A stretch of 64,000 nucleotides of DNA, taken from contig WRFU01000001.1 of the NCBI GenBank assembly GCA_009778675.1, forward strand, positions 797 to 64,796, in the 5' to 3' direction. The stretch is from Candidatus Saccharimonadota bacterium (GTDB taxonomy: Bacteria; Patescibacteriota; Saccharimonadia; Saccharimonadales; Saccharimonadaceae). The stretch's first letter is position 1, and each line of letters starts with the position of its first letter. This document shows, piece by piece, positions 53,446 to 62,481 of this stretch. A program made the translations under genes and the position numbers. Under the pieces are notes generated by a model. It made no database searches. It saw nothing but the letters and a program-made list of their open reading frames with translations, and was not told the origin of the DNA.

Positions 53446-53775
53446 ATGGATCAATCACAAGTCACAAAATTGATTCATAGTTTGGGCGACGTCGTGGAAG
53501 ATCACGATACCCGCGAGCATTTAATACTATTTCGTACCAAAGCAAATAAAAAAATTTGTGCCATTATTTACGGTGGTAGCAGCCCACTTAGAATTGAAGC
53601 CAAATGTGACCAAAGGTTAGCTAAAGTACTACGGGCTAAGTATGAAACAGTCCTACCTAGCCACAATATGGACGGTCGAACTTGGAATGAGATCATTTGC
53701 AGCGGCCAACTTAGTGAACAGCAAATCAAAGATCTACTAACGCATAGCTATAATCTGGTGACTGCCGCCGCTTAA
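53446..53775 (+). CDS. MmcQ/YjbR-family protein
   Basis: 109 aa. The pattern ...KICAIIYGG..PLRIEAKCD....LRAKYETVLPSHNMDGRTWNEI....L......LLTHSYNLV fits the YjbR fold family. Confidence 0.55.
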   Translation: MDQSQVTKLIHSLGDVVEDHDTREHLILFRTKANKKICAIIYGGSSPLRIEAKCDQRLAKVLRAKYETVLPSHNMDGRTWNEIICSGQLSEQQIKDLLTHSYNLVTAAA

Positions 53776-54389
53776 CTGGTTTTAGCAAAATCATCAAAAC
53801 TTTGCTGTATTAACCGTAGGTTGCTAGCGATGTTGTCTAAAGTTTGCCTAAAACTTGTAGACCTAGAATGGGCAGTAATTTGAGCGATATTATTTAAAAT
53901 TAACTCTAGTTCGTAACTCATACTGGTGCTATAAGTACGATCTAAAATAACGTTAAGTTTAGCATTGGTAAGTTGAGCGTTTAAATCATCACTATGTTTA
54001 GTTTGATCAACGTAAAACTTGGCTTTTTTATCAAGCTTGGCTACGTCGATTTTTTGTTCTTTAAGCGCCGCTGTTAAATCACGGATAGAATTTGTCAGTT
54101 GAGTGCTAAAGCTGCTATTGATAGCCCGTAAATTGCTATCTTTTAAATCATCTTGATACTTTGTGGAACTAGTCTGCAAATTAGTTAGTTGTAAGTATAG
54201 GGTTTTGGAGCGCTGCGAGGTACTGGTAGAACCAGAAGATAGAATTAGCGATATAACCAACACTAGCACCAAAACTAGTAGCAGCCCGCCGATCATTAAA
54301 ACTAGCTTATTGTCTAATAAACTTTTCTTGGGTGTCACACTAGCTTGAATCTGCTGTAGATATTCGTTGCCTAATGGTTGATTGTCCAT
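53772..54389 (-). CDS. hypothetical membrane-anchored protein
   Basis: I prefer the start at MDNQPLGNEY, which lies 8 nt after TGcTAAAAT. It has one TM helix and a helical C-terminal region. Confidence 0.45.
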   Translation of the reverse strand: MDNQPLGNEYLQQIQASVTPKKSLLDNKLVLMIGGLLLVLVLVLVISLILSSGSTSTSQRSKTLYLQLTNLQTSSTKYQDDLKDSNLRAINSSFSTQLTNSIRDLTAALKEQKIDVAKLDKKAKFYVDQTKHSDDLNAQLTNAKLNVILDRTYSTSMSYELELILNNIAQITAHSRSTSFRQTLDNIASNLRLIQQSFDDFAKTS

Positions 54390-54464
54390 TTGTTTCCATT
54401 TTAGCACATTTAACGATAGCCCTTATGATATAATAAATTATTGGTTAAAATAGAGTGAGGTGTT

Positions 54465-56270
54465 ATGCAATTGTCATATAAGTGTAACAAGTTTAGAATT
54501 CTTGCAGCAGTTTTGGCAGTATTAATGTTGGTATTTGGCTGTTTATCGGCTAGGCAAGATATTGACGCCGCTCCGATGCCGCCGGCTATTGGTGCTGTAA
54601 ATGCCACTGTTAATAATGAAATCGATTTAGTTGCAGCAATTAACAATGCTCCAACTAATGGCAATCAGTATGTAATTGCAGTTAGTGGCACAGTTGAGCT
54701 TACGGCTCGATTGAATATTCCTACGGGCACAAATATTGCTTTGACTGGTGGCGGAACTTTGTCCGGCATGGCAACTTTTGATACGACAGGCGAAGTATAT
54801 GTTGCCGGCCACCTATTGCTTGGTAATATTACAATCACCCACGATACTAATGTTCTGGGTCGCGGTATCTTTATTCCGGCTGGTGGTCATCTTGATATGC
54901 TAAGTGGCGCGAACATTACAGGTAATAGTTACAACAGTACCGCTTCAACTGGTGGTTATGGTATTGGCGCTGGAGTAGCGTTAGTCAATAATGCTACTTT
55001 TGACATGTGGAGCGGTACGATTTCGAATAATCACGCCACTGGTACTGGTGTGGCTGGTGATGGTGGTGGCGTATTCGTTGGTCAAGGTACGGGTTCAGTT
55101 TTCACGATGTATGGTGGATCAATTACAAATAATACCGGCATAGTAGGGTCGGCTGTATTTTTCGGTCTAACTGGTGGTAACTTTACTATGAATGGTGGCT
55201 CGATCACTAATAACATTGGCACTGGTGAAGGTACAATTGGTATGTATGGCGCTAACGCGATATTTACTATGAATGGTGGCTCGATCACTCACAACACTTC
55301 TGACAATGGCGGTGGTGTAAGCGTTCTTGATGGTCAGGATGGTACTAAAACCTTCACCATGAATGGTGGAATTATTGCCAACAATACAGTCACAAATGTT
55401 GGTGGGGCAGTAGAGATATCACCTGGTGGAGGAGTCGGGGCAACCGAGACTTTTACCATGAATGATGGGGTTATTGCGAATAATACGGCTCTAAATGGCG
55501 GTGGTATTGGTTTAAACCCGGCTGGGGGAAGCTTCACGGCTCATGCACCAATAATTACCCTAGCTGGGGGCACTATCAATGGTAATGCAGCCACAAATAG
55601 CGGCGGTGGTATTTATGCTGTTGGGGGTACAATTAACCAGGGTCGAGAAATTGATACCATTAATATTGCCGGGACGAATATTTTAAACAATAGTGCCGTT
55701 AATGGTGGCGGTGTCTATAATGCTATTTATTCTCAGTTGAATATTACTGATGGCACTATTAGCGGTAATACGGCTAGCACTGACGGTGGCGGTGTTTATA
55801 CTGTAGACTACACTACGTTGAGTGTTGATGCTGGCGTGGTCTTTGCCGATAATTCTGCCGCAACGGCTTCTACTCGCGATGCAGCTGATGATGTGGTTTA
55901 TTCTGCACAAATTGCAGCGACTGATTGGACAGAACCTTTTACGCAAGGCTATAATAATTTTGATATTAATTATGTCTTAGGCGTTCCGCAACAAGTTGTC
56001 TGGTTTAATACCAAGGGCGGTTCTACTATTACACCAGTGGTGGTAGGTAATGGCGCATCAGTTACTCAGCCAGCCGATCCGACACGTAGTGGCTATATCT
56101 TTGTCGGCTGGTTTGATAGTAATCTTATGGATGAATACGATTTTGATTCGCCCGTTACAGACAATCTAACGCTATCCGCTAAATGGGCAGCTGTGCCGAA
56201 AATACCAAATACTGGTTATGCTACAGTTGCTAACGATGCCATAATTCCTACAACCAACATTGCCTTATAA
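54465..56270 (+). CDS. secreted beta-helix repeat protein with C-terminal Listeria/Bacteroides-type repeat domain
   Basis: 601 aa with a signal peptide and repeated FTM(N/Y)GG(S/I)I(T/A)NN and GGG(V/I)Y units (a Pmp-like right-handed helix). It also has VWFNTKGGSTITP...GYIFVGWFD...DFDSPVTDNLTLSAKW, and the tail contains IPNTG. Confidence 0.6.
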   Translation: MQLSYKCNKFRILAAVLAVLMLVFGCLSARQDIDAAPMPPAIGAVNATVNNEIDLVAAINNAPTNGNQYVIAVSGTVELTARLNIPTGTNIALTGGGTLSGMATFDTTGEVYVAGHLLLGNITITHDTNVLGRGIFIPAGGHLDMLSGANITGNSYNSTASTGGYGIGAGVALVNNATFDMWSGTISNNHATGTGVAGDGGGVFVGQGTGSVFTMYGGSITNNTGIVGSAVFFGLTGGNFTMNGGSITNNIGTGEGTIGMYGANAIFTMNGGSITHNTSDNGGGVSVLDGQDGTKTFTMNGGIIANNTVTNVGGAVEISPGGGVGATETFTMNDGVIANNTALNGGGIGLNPAGGSFTAHAPIITLAGGTINGNAATNSGGGIYAVGGTINQGREIDTINIAGTNILNNSAVNGGGVYNAIYSQLNITDGTISGNTASTDGGGVYTVDYTTLSVDAGVVFADNSAATASTRDAADDVVYSAQIAATDWTEPFTQGYNNFDINYVLGVPQQVVWFNTKGGSTITPVVVGNGASVTQPADPTRSGYIFVGWFDSNLMDEYDFDSPVTDNLTLSAKWAAVPKIPNTGYATVANDAIIPTTNIAL

Positions 56271-56305
56271 GTGCGCCAAAGTACGCTGAATGTTATACTT
56301 GCAAT

Positions 56306-58054
56306 ATGCAAGATGCAAAAGAAGAAATCCGAGATCGTCTAGCTATCGAAGATATTGTCGGTGAATATGTTGAATTAAAGCGAGCCGGACGTAACTTTAA
56401 AGCCCTAAGCCCGTTTACTAGTGAAAAAACACCATCTTTTATGGTCAGCCCCGAAAAGCGCATTTGGCATGATTTCTCGTCTAACAAGGGTGGCGATGTT
56501 TTCAGTTTTGTGATGGAAGTTGAAGGTATGACTTTTCACGAAAGTGTCGAATACCTGGCTAAAAAAGCTGGTGTCGATTTGTCACTGTATTCATCAAAAG
56601 ATAGCGCCGATTTAGCCAAAAAACGTGCCCGCATGTTAGAAATTAACAAATTGGCCGAAAGATATTACCAAACCATACTCACCAAAAACAAACATGCTAT
56701 GGATTACGTGTTTTATAAGCGTAATTTAAATCGTAAAACAGTCGCGAATTTTAAAATTGGCTACTCACCCAATACTGGCTCGGCCTTGACTGATTTTTTA
56801 CTGAGCCGGGGTTTTAACAAACAAGAGCTGGATACAGCGGGTGTCACAAACCGGTTTGGGCACGATTTGTTCCGCAGCAGAATGATCATCCCCCTAATGA
56901 ATGTTAGTGGCGAAACGATTGGTTTTACTGGGCGGGTGGTTGATCCTGACCAAGATGGACCAAAATATTTAAATACCAAGCAAACTTTAATCTACGATAA
57001 AAGTCGCCATGTATTTGGACTATCCCAAGCCAAAGAATCAATCCGCAAAAATGATTATGCGGTGGTGGTCGAAGGTAACTTAGATGTTGTGTCTAGCCAC
57101 CAGGTAGGCGTAGATATGGTAGTTGCGACGGCTGGTACAGCTTTAACGCCGCAGCACCTAAAAGCTATTGCCCGTTTTTCTGAAAATATTCGTCTAAGTT
57201 TCGATAATGATGCTGCCGGTATGGCGGCAGCCCAGCGGGCAATTGAAATTGCCCAAGGTTTGGGTCTAGAATTATCGATAATTTCAATGCCAGAATTTGC
57301 TAAAGATCCAGATGAACTGGTTCAAAAAGATGTAAAACTGTGGCAACAAGCTATTACTAAACATCAGCCAGCCATCGATTGGCTGCTAGGCCAATACGAA
57401 ACAAAATTAGATTTAAAATCAGCCGCCGGTAAACGTAACTATAGCACTATGGCTGTTAAATTGATCAATAATTTATCTGATGAAATCGAAAAAGAGCATT
57501 ACTACAAAATAGTGGCCAACAAACTTGGGGCTAATGTTGATACCCTTAAACGTAAATCAGACGCGGTGCAACTAAATGTTGCTGCACCAAAGGTTAAAAA
57601 AACCGTCAAAACAACTTGCGATATTGATGAACTAGCAGCCCACCAAGATAGTATCTTGGCGTTGTTATTATATAAACCATCTTTGCGCCAAACTAATACT
57701 TTAGATCCTAAATTATTTAGTGGCGAACTTAGGGCAAAAATGTATGATTTCATGATGTCTAAACCTAAACTAGTAGTTGACGATGTTGACAAAAATGATG
57801 CAAAACTCTATACTTACGCTGGAACATTAAACTTAAGAGCCGAAGTACGCTACGCAGGTTGGGAAGAGCTCGACCTCAGCAAAGAATTAGATCGGCTAAT
57901 ACAAAGTCTAAAAATCGAAAAACTAAAATTAGCTAAACAGGCCTTAGACGCCCAACTAGCTCAAGCTGAGGCTGACAATCAAGCCGCAAAAATCGAAAAT
58001 TTACTAGAACAAATTAATGAATTAAACAAGGAGATCATTAGTGGTAAAAGATAA
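56306..58054 (+). CDS. dnaG: DNA primase
   Basis: 582 aa with EKTPSF, a TOPRIM region ([17 protein letters not shown]) and a C-terminal helical domain. The ATG is 6 nt after TGtTATACT. Confidence 0.9.
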   Translation: MQDAKEEIRDRLAIEDIVGEYVELKRAGRNFKALSPFTSEKTPSFMVSPEKRIWHDFSSNKGGDVFSFVMEVEGMTFHESVEYLAKKAGVDLSLYSSKDSADLAKKRARMLEINKLAERYYQTILTKNKHAMDYVFYKRNLNRKTVANFKIGYSPNTGSALTDFLLSRGFNKQELDTAGVTNRFGHDLFRSRMIIPLMNVSGETIGFTGRVVDPDQDGPKYLNTKQTLIYDKSRHVFGLSQAKESIRKNDYAVVVEGNLDVVSSHQVGVDMVVATAGTALTPQHLKAIARFSENIRLSFDNDAAGMAAAQRAIEIAQGLGLELSIISMPEFAKDPDELVQKDVKLWQQAITKHQPAIDWLLGQYETKLDLKSAAGKRNYSTMAVKLINNLSDEIEKEHYYKIVANKLGANVDTLKRKSDAVQLNVAAPKVKKTVKTTCDIDELAAHQDSILALLLYKPSLRQTNTLDPKLFSGELRAKMYDFMMSKPKLVVDDVDKNDAKLYTYAGTLNLRAEVRYAGWEELDLSKELDRLIQSLKIEKLKLAKQALDAQLAQAEADNQAAKIENLLEQINELNKEIISGKR

Positions 58055-59030
58055 GAAACCAATTGATGATAAGCTAGAATTACCGGTGGAAGTCGACGAT
58101 GAAGATATCGTTGAAGATCCATCGACGCTAGATGAAGATATTGAAGAAGACGAAGAAGAAGTTGTGGCCATGGCGCCAAGTCCTCACGATGATACTTCGG
58201 ACGATTCCGTCCGCTTGTATTTGCGTGAAATTGGCAAAATTCCGCTACTAACAGCCGAAGAAGAATATGATTTAGCCCAGAAGGTAATAAAAGGTAATAA
58301 AAAAGCTAAAGATAAAATGGTCGAAGCCAACATGCGTTTAGTGGTTAGTATTGCCAAACGTTATTCTGGTCGTGGCCTAGATTTTCTCGATTTGATTCAA
58401 GAAGGTAACACCGGGCTGCTAAGGGCGGTCGAAAAATTCGATCCTAATAAGGGTTTTAAATTTAGCACTTACGCTACTTGGTGGATTCGCCAAGCTATTA
58501 CGCGAGCTATCGCCGACCAAGCCCGGACGATTCGTATACCGGTGCATATGGTCGAAACAATCAACAAACTACTCAGAACCCAACGCCGTTTAACACAGGA
58601 ACTTAATCGTGAGCCAACGGTCGAAGAACTATCTAAAGCCTTAGAAATCGAGCCCGAAAAAGTCGAATATGTGATGAAAATTAAGCAAGATATTAGTTCG
58701 TTAGATGCCACCGTTGGCCACGAAGGCGATGATGACGATTCGGCGCTAGGTGATTTTATTGAAGATGAAGAACGTATCACACCTGAAGAATCGGCCGCTA
58801 GCCAGCTGCTCAAAGAGCAAATTCGCGATATTTTATCATCCTTAAGCGATCGCGAGCAAAAGATTATCAAAATGCGGTTTGGTCTAGATGGTGGTAAAAG
58901 CCATACCCTAGAAGAAGTTGGCCAGGAATTCGCTGTTACCCGCGAACGTATCCGTCAAATTGAAGCCAAGGCTCTAAGCAAACTACGCAAACATAAAGAC
59001 ACTAAAAAATTACACGAATATCTACAGTAG
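58041..59030 (+). CDS. rpoD: primary sigma-70 factor
   Basis: 329 aa with a GTG start after SD AAGGAG. Motifs: [46 protein letters not shown], and region 4 ([15 protein letters not shown]). Confidence 0.9.
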   Translation: MVKDKKPIDDKLELPVEVDDEDIVEDPSTLDEDIEEDEEEVVAMAPSPHDDTSDDSVRLYLREIGKIPLLTAEEEYDLAQKVIKGNKKAKDKMVEANMRLVVSIAKRYSGRGLDFLDLIQEGNTGLLRAVEKFDPNKGFKFSTYATWWIRQAITRAIADQARTIRIPVHMVETINKLLRTQRRLTQELNREPTVEELSKALEIEPEKVEYVMKIKQDISSLDATVGHEGDDDDSALGDFIEDEERITPEESAASQLLKEQIRDILSSLSDREQKIIKMRFGLDGGKSHTLEEVGQEFAVTRERIRQIEAKALSKLRKHKDTKKLHEYLQ

Positions 59031-59036
59031 AGCAAA

Positions 59037-59957
59037 ATGAGTACTCGCCGCATAGTTTTAGTTCATAACAAACGCAGCTCCAAAGCTAAAAGTGTTTACA
59101 AAAAAGTTATTCATCCACTAGAGCAAGCCAACCTGGCCGATGGCCAATTGGTAAAATACCAAATTACTCCAATTGGCCCAAAGAATAACGCCATATTGTT
59201 AAGCCGCAAATTGCACGAAGGTGATTTAGTTATTGCCGCAGGTGGCGATGGAACGGCTTCGATTGCGGCCAACGCCATTTTGCAAACTAGCTTTTCAAAG
59301 ATTCATTTTGCGGCGCTTGGTTTTGGTAATTTTAATGATATCGCGCGCACTTTTCCGGCCGATCAACTGGGTATAAATAAACTCATAGCTGGGGATTATG
59401 CCATTGAAAAACTTCGCCCACTAGAGATTAAAGCCAACAATAAACGTTTCCGCTACGGTGTTTTATACACAAGTTTTGGTTTGTTGGCTGGTGCTGCTAA
59501 TCAGTTTGAAGATAAAGCTAAACGCCAAAAGCTTTACCATGGTGGCGCGAATATTATTTATAGCACACTCATGCTGCTGCCATATTATTTAAAGAATAAA
59601 AAGCGTCATTTTTTGCCAAGCTTTACATTAGATAGTCGCCAATACGAAGCTGTAACAGATTACCTGGCAATCAATGGCTCTAGAATGGCCAAGATTTTTA
59701 AAACCGGTCGGCCAATTTACAGAAAACCAGAATTCTTGCGAGTGATTTTAGATGTTTCGCATTTTGTGCGTACCACGCCGTATTTATTAGAAAGCGTTAC
59801 CGGGCACATGCCGGGCGAACTAAGTAAACGTGACGATTTGATATTCAAAACTCCATCACACATCGCTACTCAAACTGATGGTGAATATGAAGAGTTCCTA
59901 GGTGTTGATAAAATAACTATTCAAAAAGCTGAAAAATATTTAAATATGGTAGTTTAG
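59037..59957 (+). CDS. DAGK-catalytic-domain lipid kinase (YegS/BmrU-like)
   Basis: 306 aa with VIAAGGDGTASIAAN. Confidence 0.7.
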   Translation: MSTRRIVLVHNKRSSKAKSVYKKVIHPLEQANLADGQLVKYQITPIGPKNNAILLSRKLHEGDLVIAAGGDGTASIAANAILQTSFSKIHFAALGFGNFNDIARTFPADQLGINKLIAGDYAIEKLRPLEIKANNKRFRYGVLYTSFGLLAGAANQFEDKAKRQKLYHGGANIIYSTLMLLPYYLKNKKRHFLPSFTLDSRQYEAVTDYLAINGSRMAKIFKTGRPIYRKPEFLRVILDVSHFVRTTPYLLESVTGHMPGELSKRDDLIFKTPSHIATQTDGEYEEFLGVDKITIQKAEKYLNMVV

Positions 59958-59958
59958 C

Positions 59959-59983
59959 ACTTAGTGTCTTGACAACACTAAGT
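59959..59983. promoter_or_regulatory. operator O1: ACTTAGTGT-N7-ACACTAAGT
   Basis: Perfect 9-bp arms. The spacer is the -35 hexamer region. Confidence 0.65.
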
Positions 59984-59998
59984 AGGGTATGCTAAACT
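59969..59998 (+). promoter_or_regulatory. promoter TTGACA-18-TGcTAAACT
   Basis: cTTGACAacactaagtagggtaTGcTAAACT. Operator O1 overlaps it. Confidence 0.55.
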
Positions 59999-60010
59999 AC
60001 TGTTAGTCAT

Positions 60011-60035
60011 ACTTAGTGTCATATACACACTAAGT
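60011..60035. promoter_or_regulatory. operator O2: ACTTAGTGT-N7-ACACTAAGT
   Basis: Its arms are identical to O1 and extend to 11 bp (atacttagtgt/acactaagtat). It lies between the TSS and the SD. Confidence 0.65.
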
Positions 60036-60083
60036 ATGGAGGACTTTTACAATTGGATACCAAGACGAAAGGAAGTGTTTACA

Positions 60084-61010
60084 ATGAGTCAACTGAGAAC
60101 TAAGTATGAAGAGATTGTTGATGTTAGCAAAATTGCAACGAGGGGCGAAGATGAGCAGCCATCGGACATCGCATATAAAGCTAGCGCCGAGAATCTAAAA
60201 CCAAGCATGGATGACGGCAAAAAGGTATTATTGCTTACCATTGATATGCAGAACGATTTTATGCCAGGAATTGGTAGCCTCGGTGTGCCCGGAGCTAAAG
60301 AAGATGTGCAGCGACTGACAAGGTTTATCTACAATAATATGGGTCACATTACACAAATTATGTGTAGTCTTGACACGCACCATCTTGCTCAGATTTTCCA
60401 CCCTTGCTGGTGGATTGATGAACATGGTGACCATCCGACACCGTTTACCATCATATCTTATGATGATGTCAAAAATGGTGTTTGGAAACCGGTCTATGGT
60501 AACCCGAAACGCTCGGTTGAGTATGTTAAAGCTCTGGAAGCTGGCGGTAAGCAGCAACTGTGCATCTGGCCGTACCACTGTTTAAAGGGTACAAACGGCG
60601 CAGCGCTTGAAAACCAGTTTGCCAGGATGGTGTATTTCCATGAAGCAGCTCGGGCTTCCCAGGCACGTTTGATCGTAAAAGGCGAGGATATCTACAGTGA
60701 AATGTATGGTATCATCAAGGCCGAATACGATCCCAATGGTTTCGTCAATACCCCAGTGCTAAATGCAATTGAGGATTTTGACGAAATTTACGTTGCCGGT
60801 GAAGCTGCCAGTCACTGTTTGCCAGCGTCTGTTGAGCAAATTCTGGAGCATTACTCTAATCGGCCTGAAGTACTCGCCCGGATATTTATCCTGGAAGATT
60901 GTACGTCACCGGTGGCAACATTTGAGCAGTATGCCAAGGATAAGTTTGAATCATTCAAACAACAGTATGGCATTCAAGTGGTCAAATCGACCGATGTTGT
61001 TTTGGCCTAG
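60084..61010 (+). CDS. isochorismatase-superfamily hydrolase, nicotinamidase (PncA/Pnc1)-like
   Basis: The start is moved to MSQLRTKYEE (SD AAGGAAG). Motifs: LLLTIDMQNDF..GSLGVPGA, LDTHH..IFH, WPYHC, VKGED and VAGEAASHC, matching the Asp/Lys/Cys triad and metal-site positions of Pnc1-type enzymes as I recall them. Confidence 0.6.
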   Translation: MSQLRTKYEEIVDVSKIATRGEDEQPSDIAYKASAENLKPSMDDGKKVLLLTIDMQNDFMPGIGSLGVPGAKEDVQRLTRFIYNNMGHITQIMCSLDTHHLAQIFHPCWWIDEHGDHPTPFTIISYDDVKNGVWKPVYGNPKRSVEYVKALEAGGKQQLCIWPYHCLKGTNGAALENQFARMVYFHEAARASQARLIVKGEDIYSEMYGIIKAEYDPNGFVNTPVLNAIEDFDEIYVAGEAASHCLPASVEQILEHYSNRPEVLARIFILEDCTSPVATFEQYAKDKFESFKQQYGIQVVKSTDVVLA

Positions 61011-61041
61011 AACCTGCGACTTTTGGAAGGAGTTGATTACC

Positions 61042-61722
61042 ATGACGGAGATTTTTGGCGCTAGTACTGTAAATGACAACCTTGCGATTGACGACATTGA
61101 AAATGAACGGCAGACCTTAATCGGACTACTGGTAGACGAATCAGGATCGATGGGAGGTTACCAAAGTGTTATGTCAGATTGTTTGCAGAAATTTAAGCAA
61201 GCGCTTAAAGATTCCAAGCAAGAAGATGAGATTTTGGTGTCTTATACGGGGTTTGATGACAATATTCGAAGCGGTGGTTATCAGCTGATTGATGATCTGT
61301 TGGTTAACTACCATGTTGGTGGTATGACCGCGCTATATGATGCTATTGTCGACGCTCAAGTTAAATTGTTTGATGGTAACGGCAATGGTTACCAAGAACA
61401 ATTGCGAGCCAATGGCATCAAGACTAAAGGTGTAGTGGCGATTTTTTCTGACGGTCAGGATAATTCATCGCAAGCGTCGCTTAAAAAAGCCCGTCAAGCG
61501 GTACAGTTCCTGCAGAGCCAAGAAATCGTCGTAGCATTTATCGCTTTCGGTGATGATGCTCATGGAATTGCCCAAGATTTAGGTATAGACGACCAAAATA
61601 TTTTGGAAGTTTCAGCCAGCGAATCAGAGCTACGGCGCGTTTTTGCAGTGTTATCAAAAAGTGCAATTTCAGCCTCGATGAGTGCAGCTACTGGTGCGTC
61701 TAGTAACGCTTTTTTCGTGTAG
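61042..61722 (+). CDS. von Willebrand factor A domain protein (TerY-like)
   Basis: 226 aa from the ATG after SD GGAAGGAG (the track start 60763 is an upstream artefact). The MIDAS motif is LLVDESGSM, followed by ...GGMTALYDA... and IFSDGQDN. Confidence 0.75.
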   Translation: MTEIFGASTVNDNLAIDDIENERQTLIGLLVDESGSMGGYQSVMSDCLQKFKQALKDSKQEDEILVSYTGFDDNIRSGGYQLIDDLLVNYHVGGMTALYDAIVDAQVKLFDGNGNGYQEQLRANGIKTKGVVAIFSDGQDNSSQASLKKARQAVQFLQSQEIVVAFIAFGDDAHGIAQDLGIDDQNILEVSASESELRRVFAVLSKSAISASMSAATGASSNAFFV

Positions 61723-61735
61723 TTCGATTGCCATT

Positions 61736-61779
61736 AAGGGGCGCAAAGCTGTTACGCTTTTGTGCCCCTTTCACTTTTT
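61736..61779 (+). terminator. terminator/attenuator-like hairpin between the vWA and PP2C genes
   Basis: aaggggcgcaaa-loop-tttgtgcccctt (one G-U pair) followed by tcacttttt. Confidence 0.5.
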
Positions 61780-61794
61780 AAGGAGGTGTTAGAA

Positions 61795-62469
61795 ATGGCC
61801 AAATCAATCAACATTAGTAAGATTGGCGCGGATCACCTGTTTTATGGTAAGAACCGACAAGATTTTGTCATTAATCTGCCAGGTTTTAAAATTGTGCTAG
61901 ATGGTTGTGGTTCGATGCCTTTTTCGGAAGTTGGTGTTAGCCTATTTGGTCAATTATTGGCTAAGCGTAGCCAGGATCTAAACGTGAATAACTTTGAACA
62001 AGTTGTTGATGGAATTTTTACACAACTAACAAATTTATCACCAGAATCGGATGAGTTTTGTTTGGATAACCTTTGTTTTACAATTTTGGCCTGTTTTGAA
62101 TTAGACCACACTTGGGTAGTTAAAGTTTGCGGCGACGGTTTTATATTATTGCATCAAGCTAACCGAGTGGATTATGTGCCATTAGACGATGGCAAATATC
62201 CCCGGTACTATGCCTATAATTACATTCGTGATAAAACTTTATTGCTACAATATGCAAATGGCGTCGATTTTACGACTTTCAGTTTTAGCAAAATCGGCTT
62301 TTCCAATATTGGTGTAGCTAGCGATGGACTGCGCTTTGTTTACGATTTAGCTTTAGACGAGCAGGTTGAGTTTCAAAAACGTTTGCTTAGTGGTAAGTCA
62401 GGCAAATTGTCCATGCTAATCAATCGTAACCAAGCTGTATTTAAAGACGATATTTCGATTTGTTTTTAA
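61795..62469 (+). CDS. PP2C-like protein phosphatase candidate
   Basis: 224 aa from the ATG after SD AGGAGG. The segment KIGADHLFYGKNRQDFV...VLDGCGS resembles the N-terminal motif of bacterial PP2C_2-type proteins. Position within the triad supports the call. Confidence 0.55.
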   Translation: MAKSINISKIGADHLFYGKNRQDFVINLPGFKIVLDGCGSMPFSEVGVSLFGQLLAKRSQDLNVNNFEQVVDGIFTQLTNLSPESDEFCLDNLCFTILACFELDHTWVVKVCGDGFILLHQANRVDYVPLDDGKYPRYYAYNYIRDKTLLLQYANGVDFTTFSFSKIGFSNIGVASDGLRFVYDLALDEQVEFQKRLLSGKSGKLSMLINRNQAVFKDDISICF

Positions 62470-62481
62470 GGGGTGATAGCT

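Noticed and set aside
54410-54664. 84-aa minus-strand ORF overlapping the start of the beta-helix protein gene.
   Set aside because: It lies antisense to the signal peptide and promoter region of 54465..56270, and no expression signals are present.
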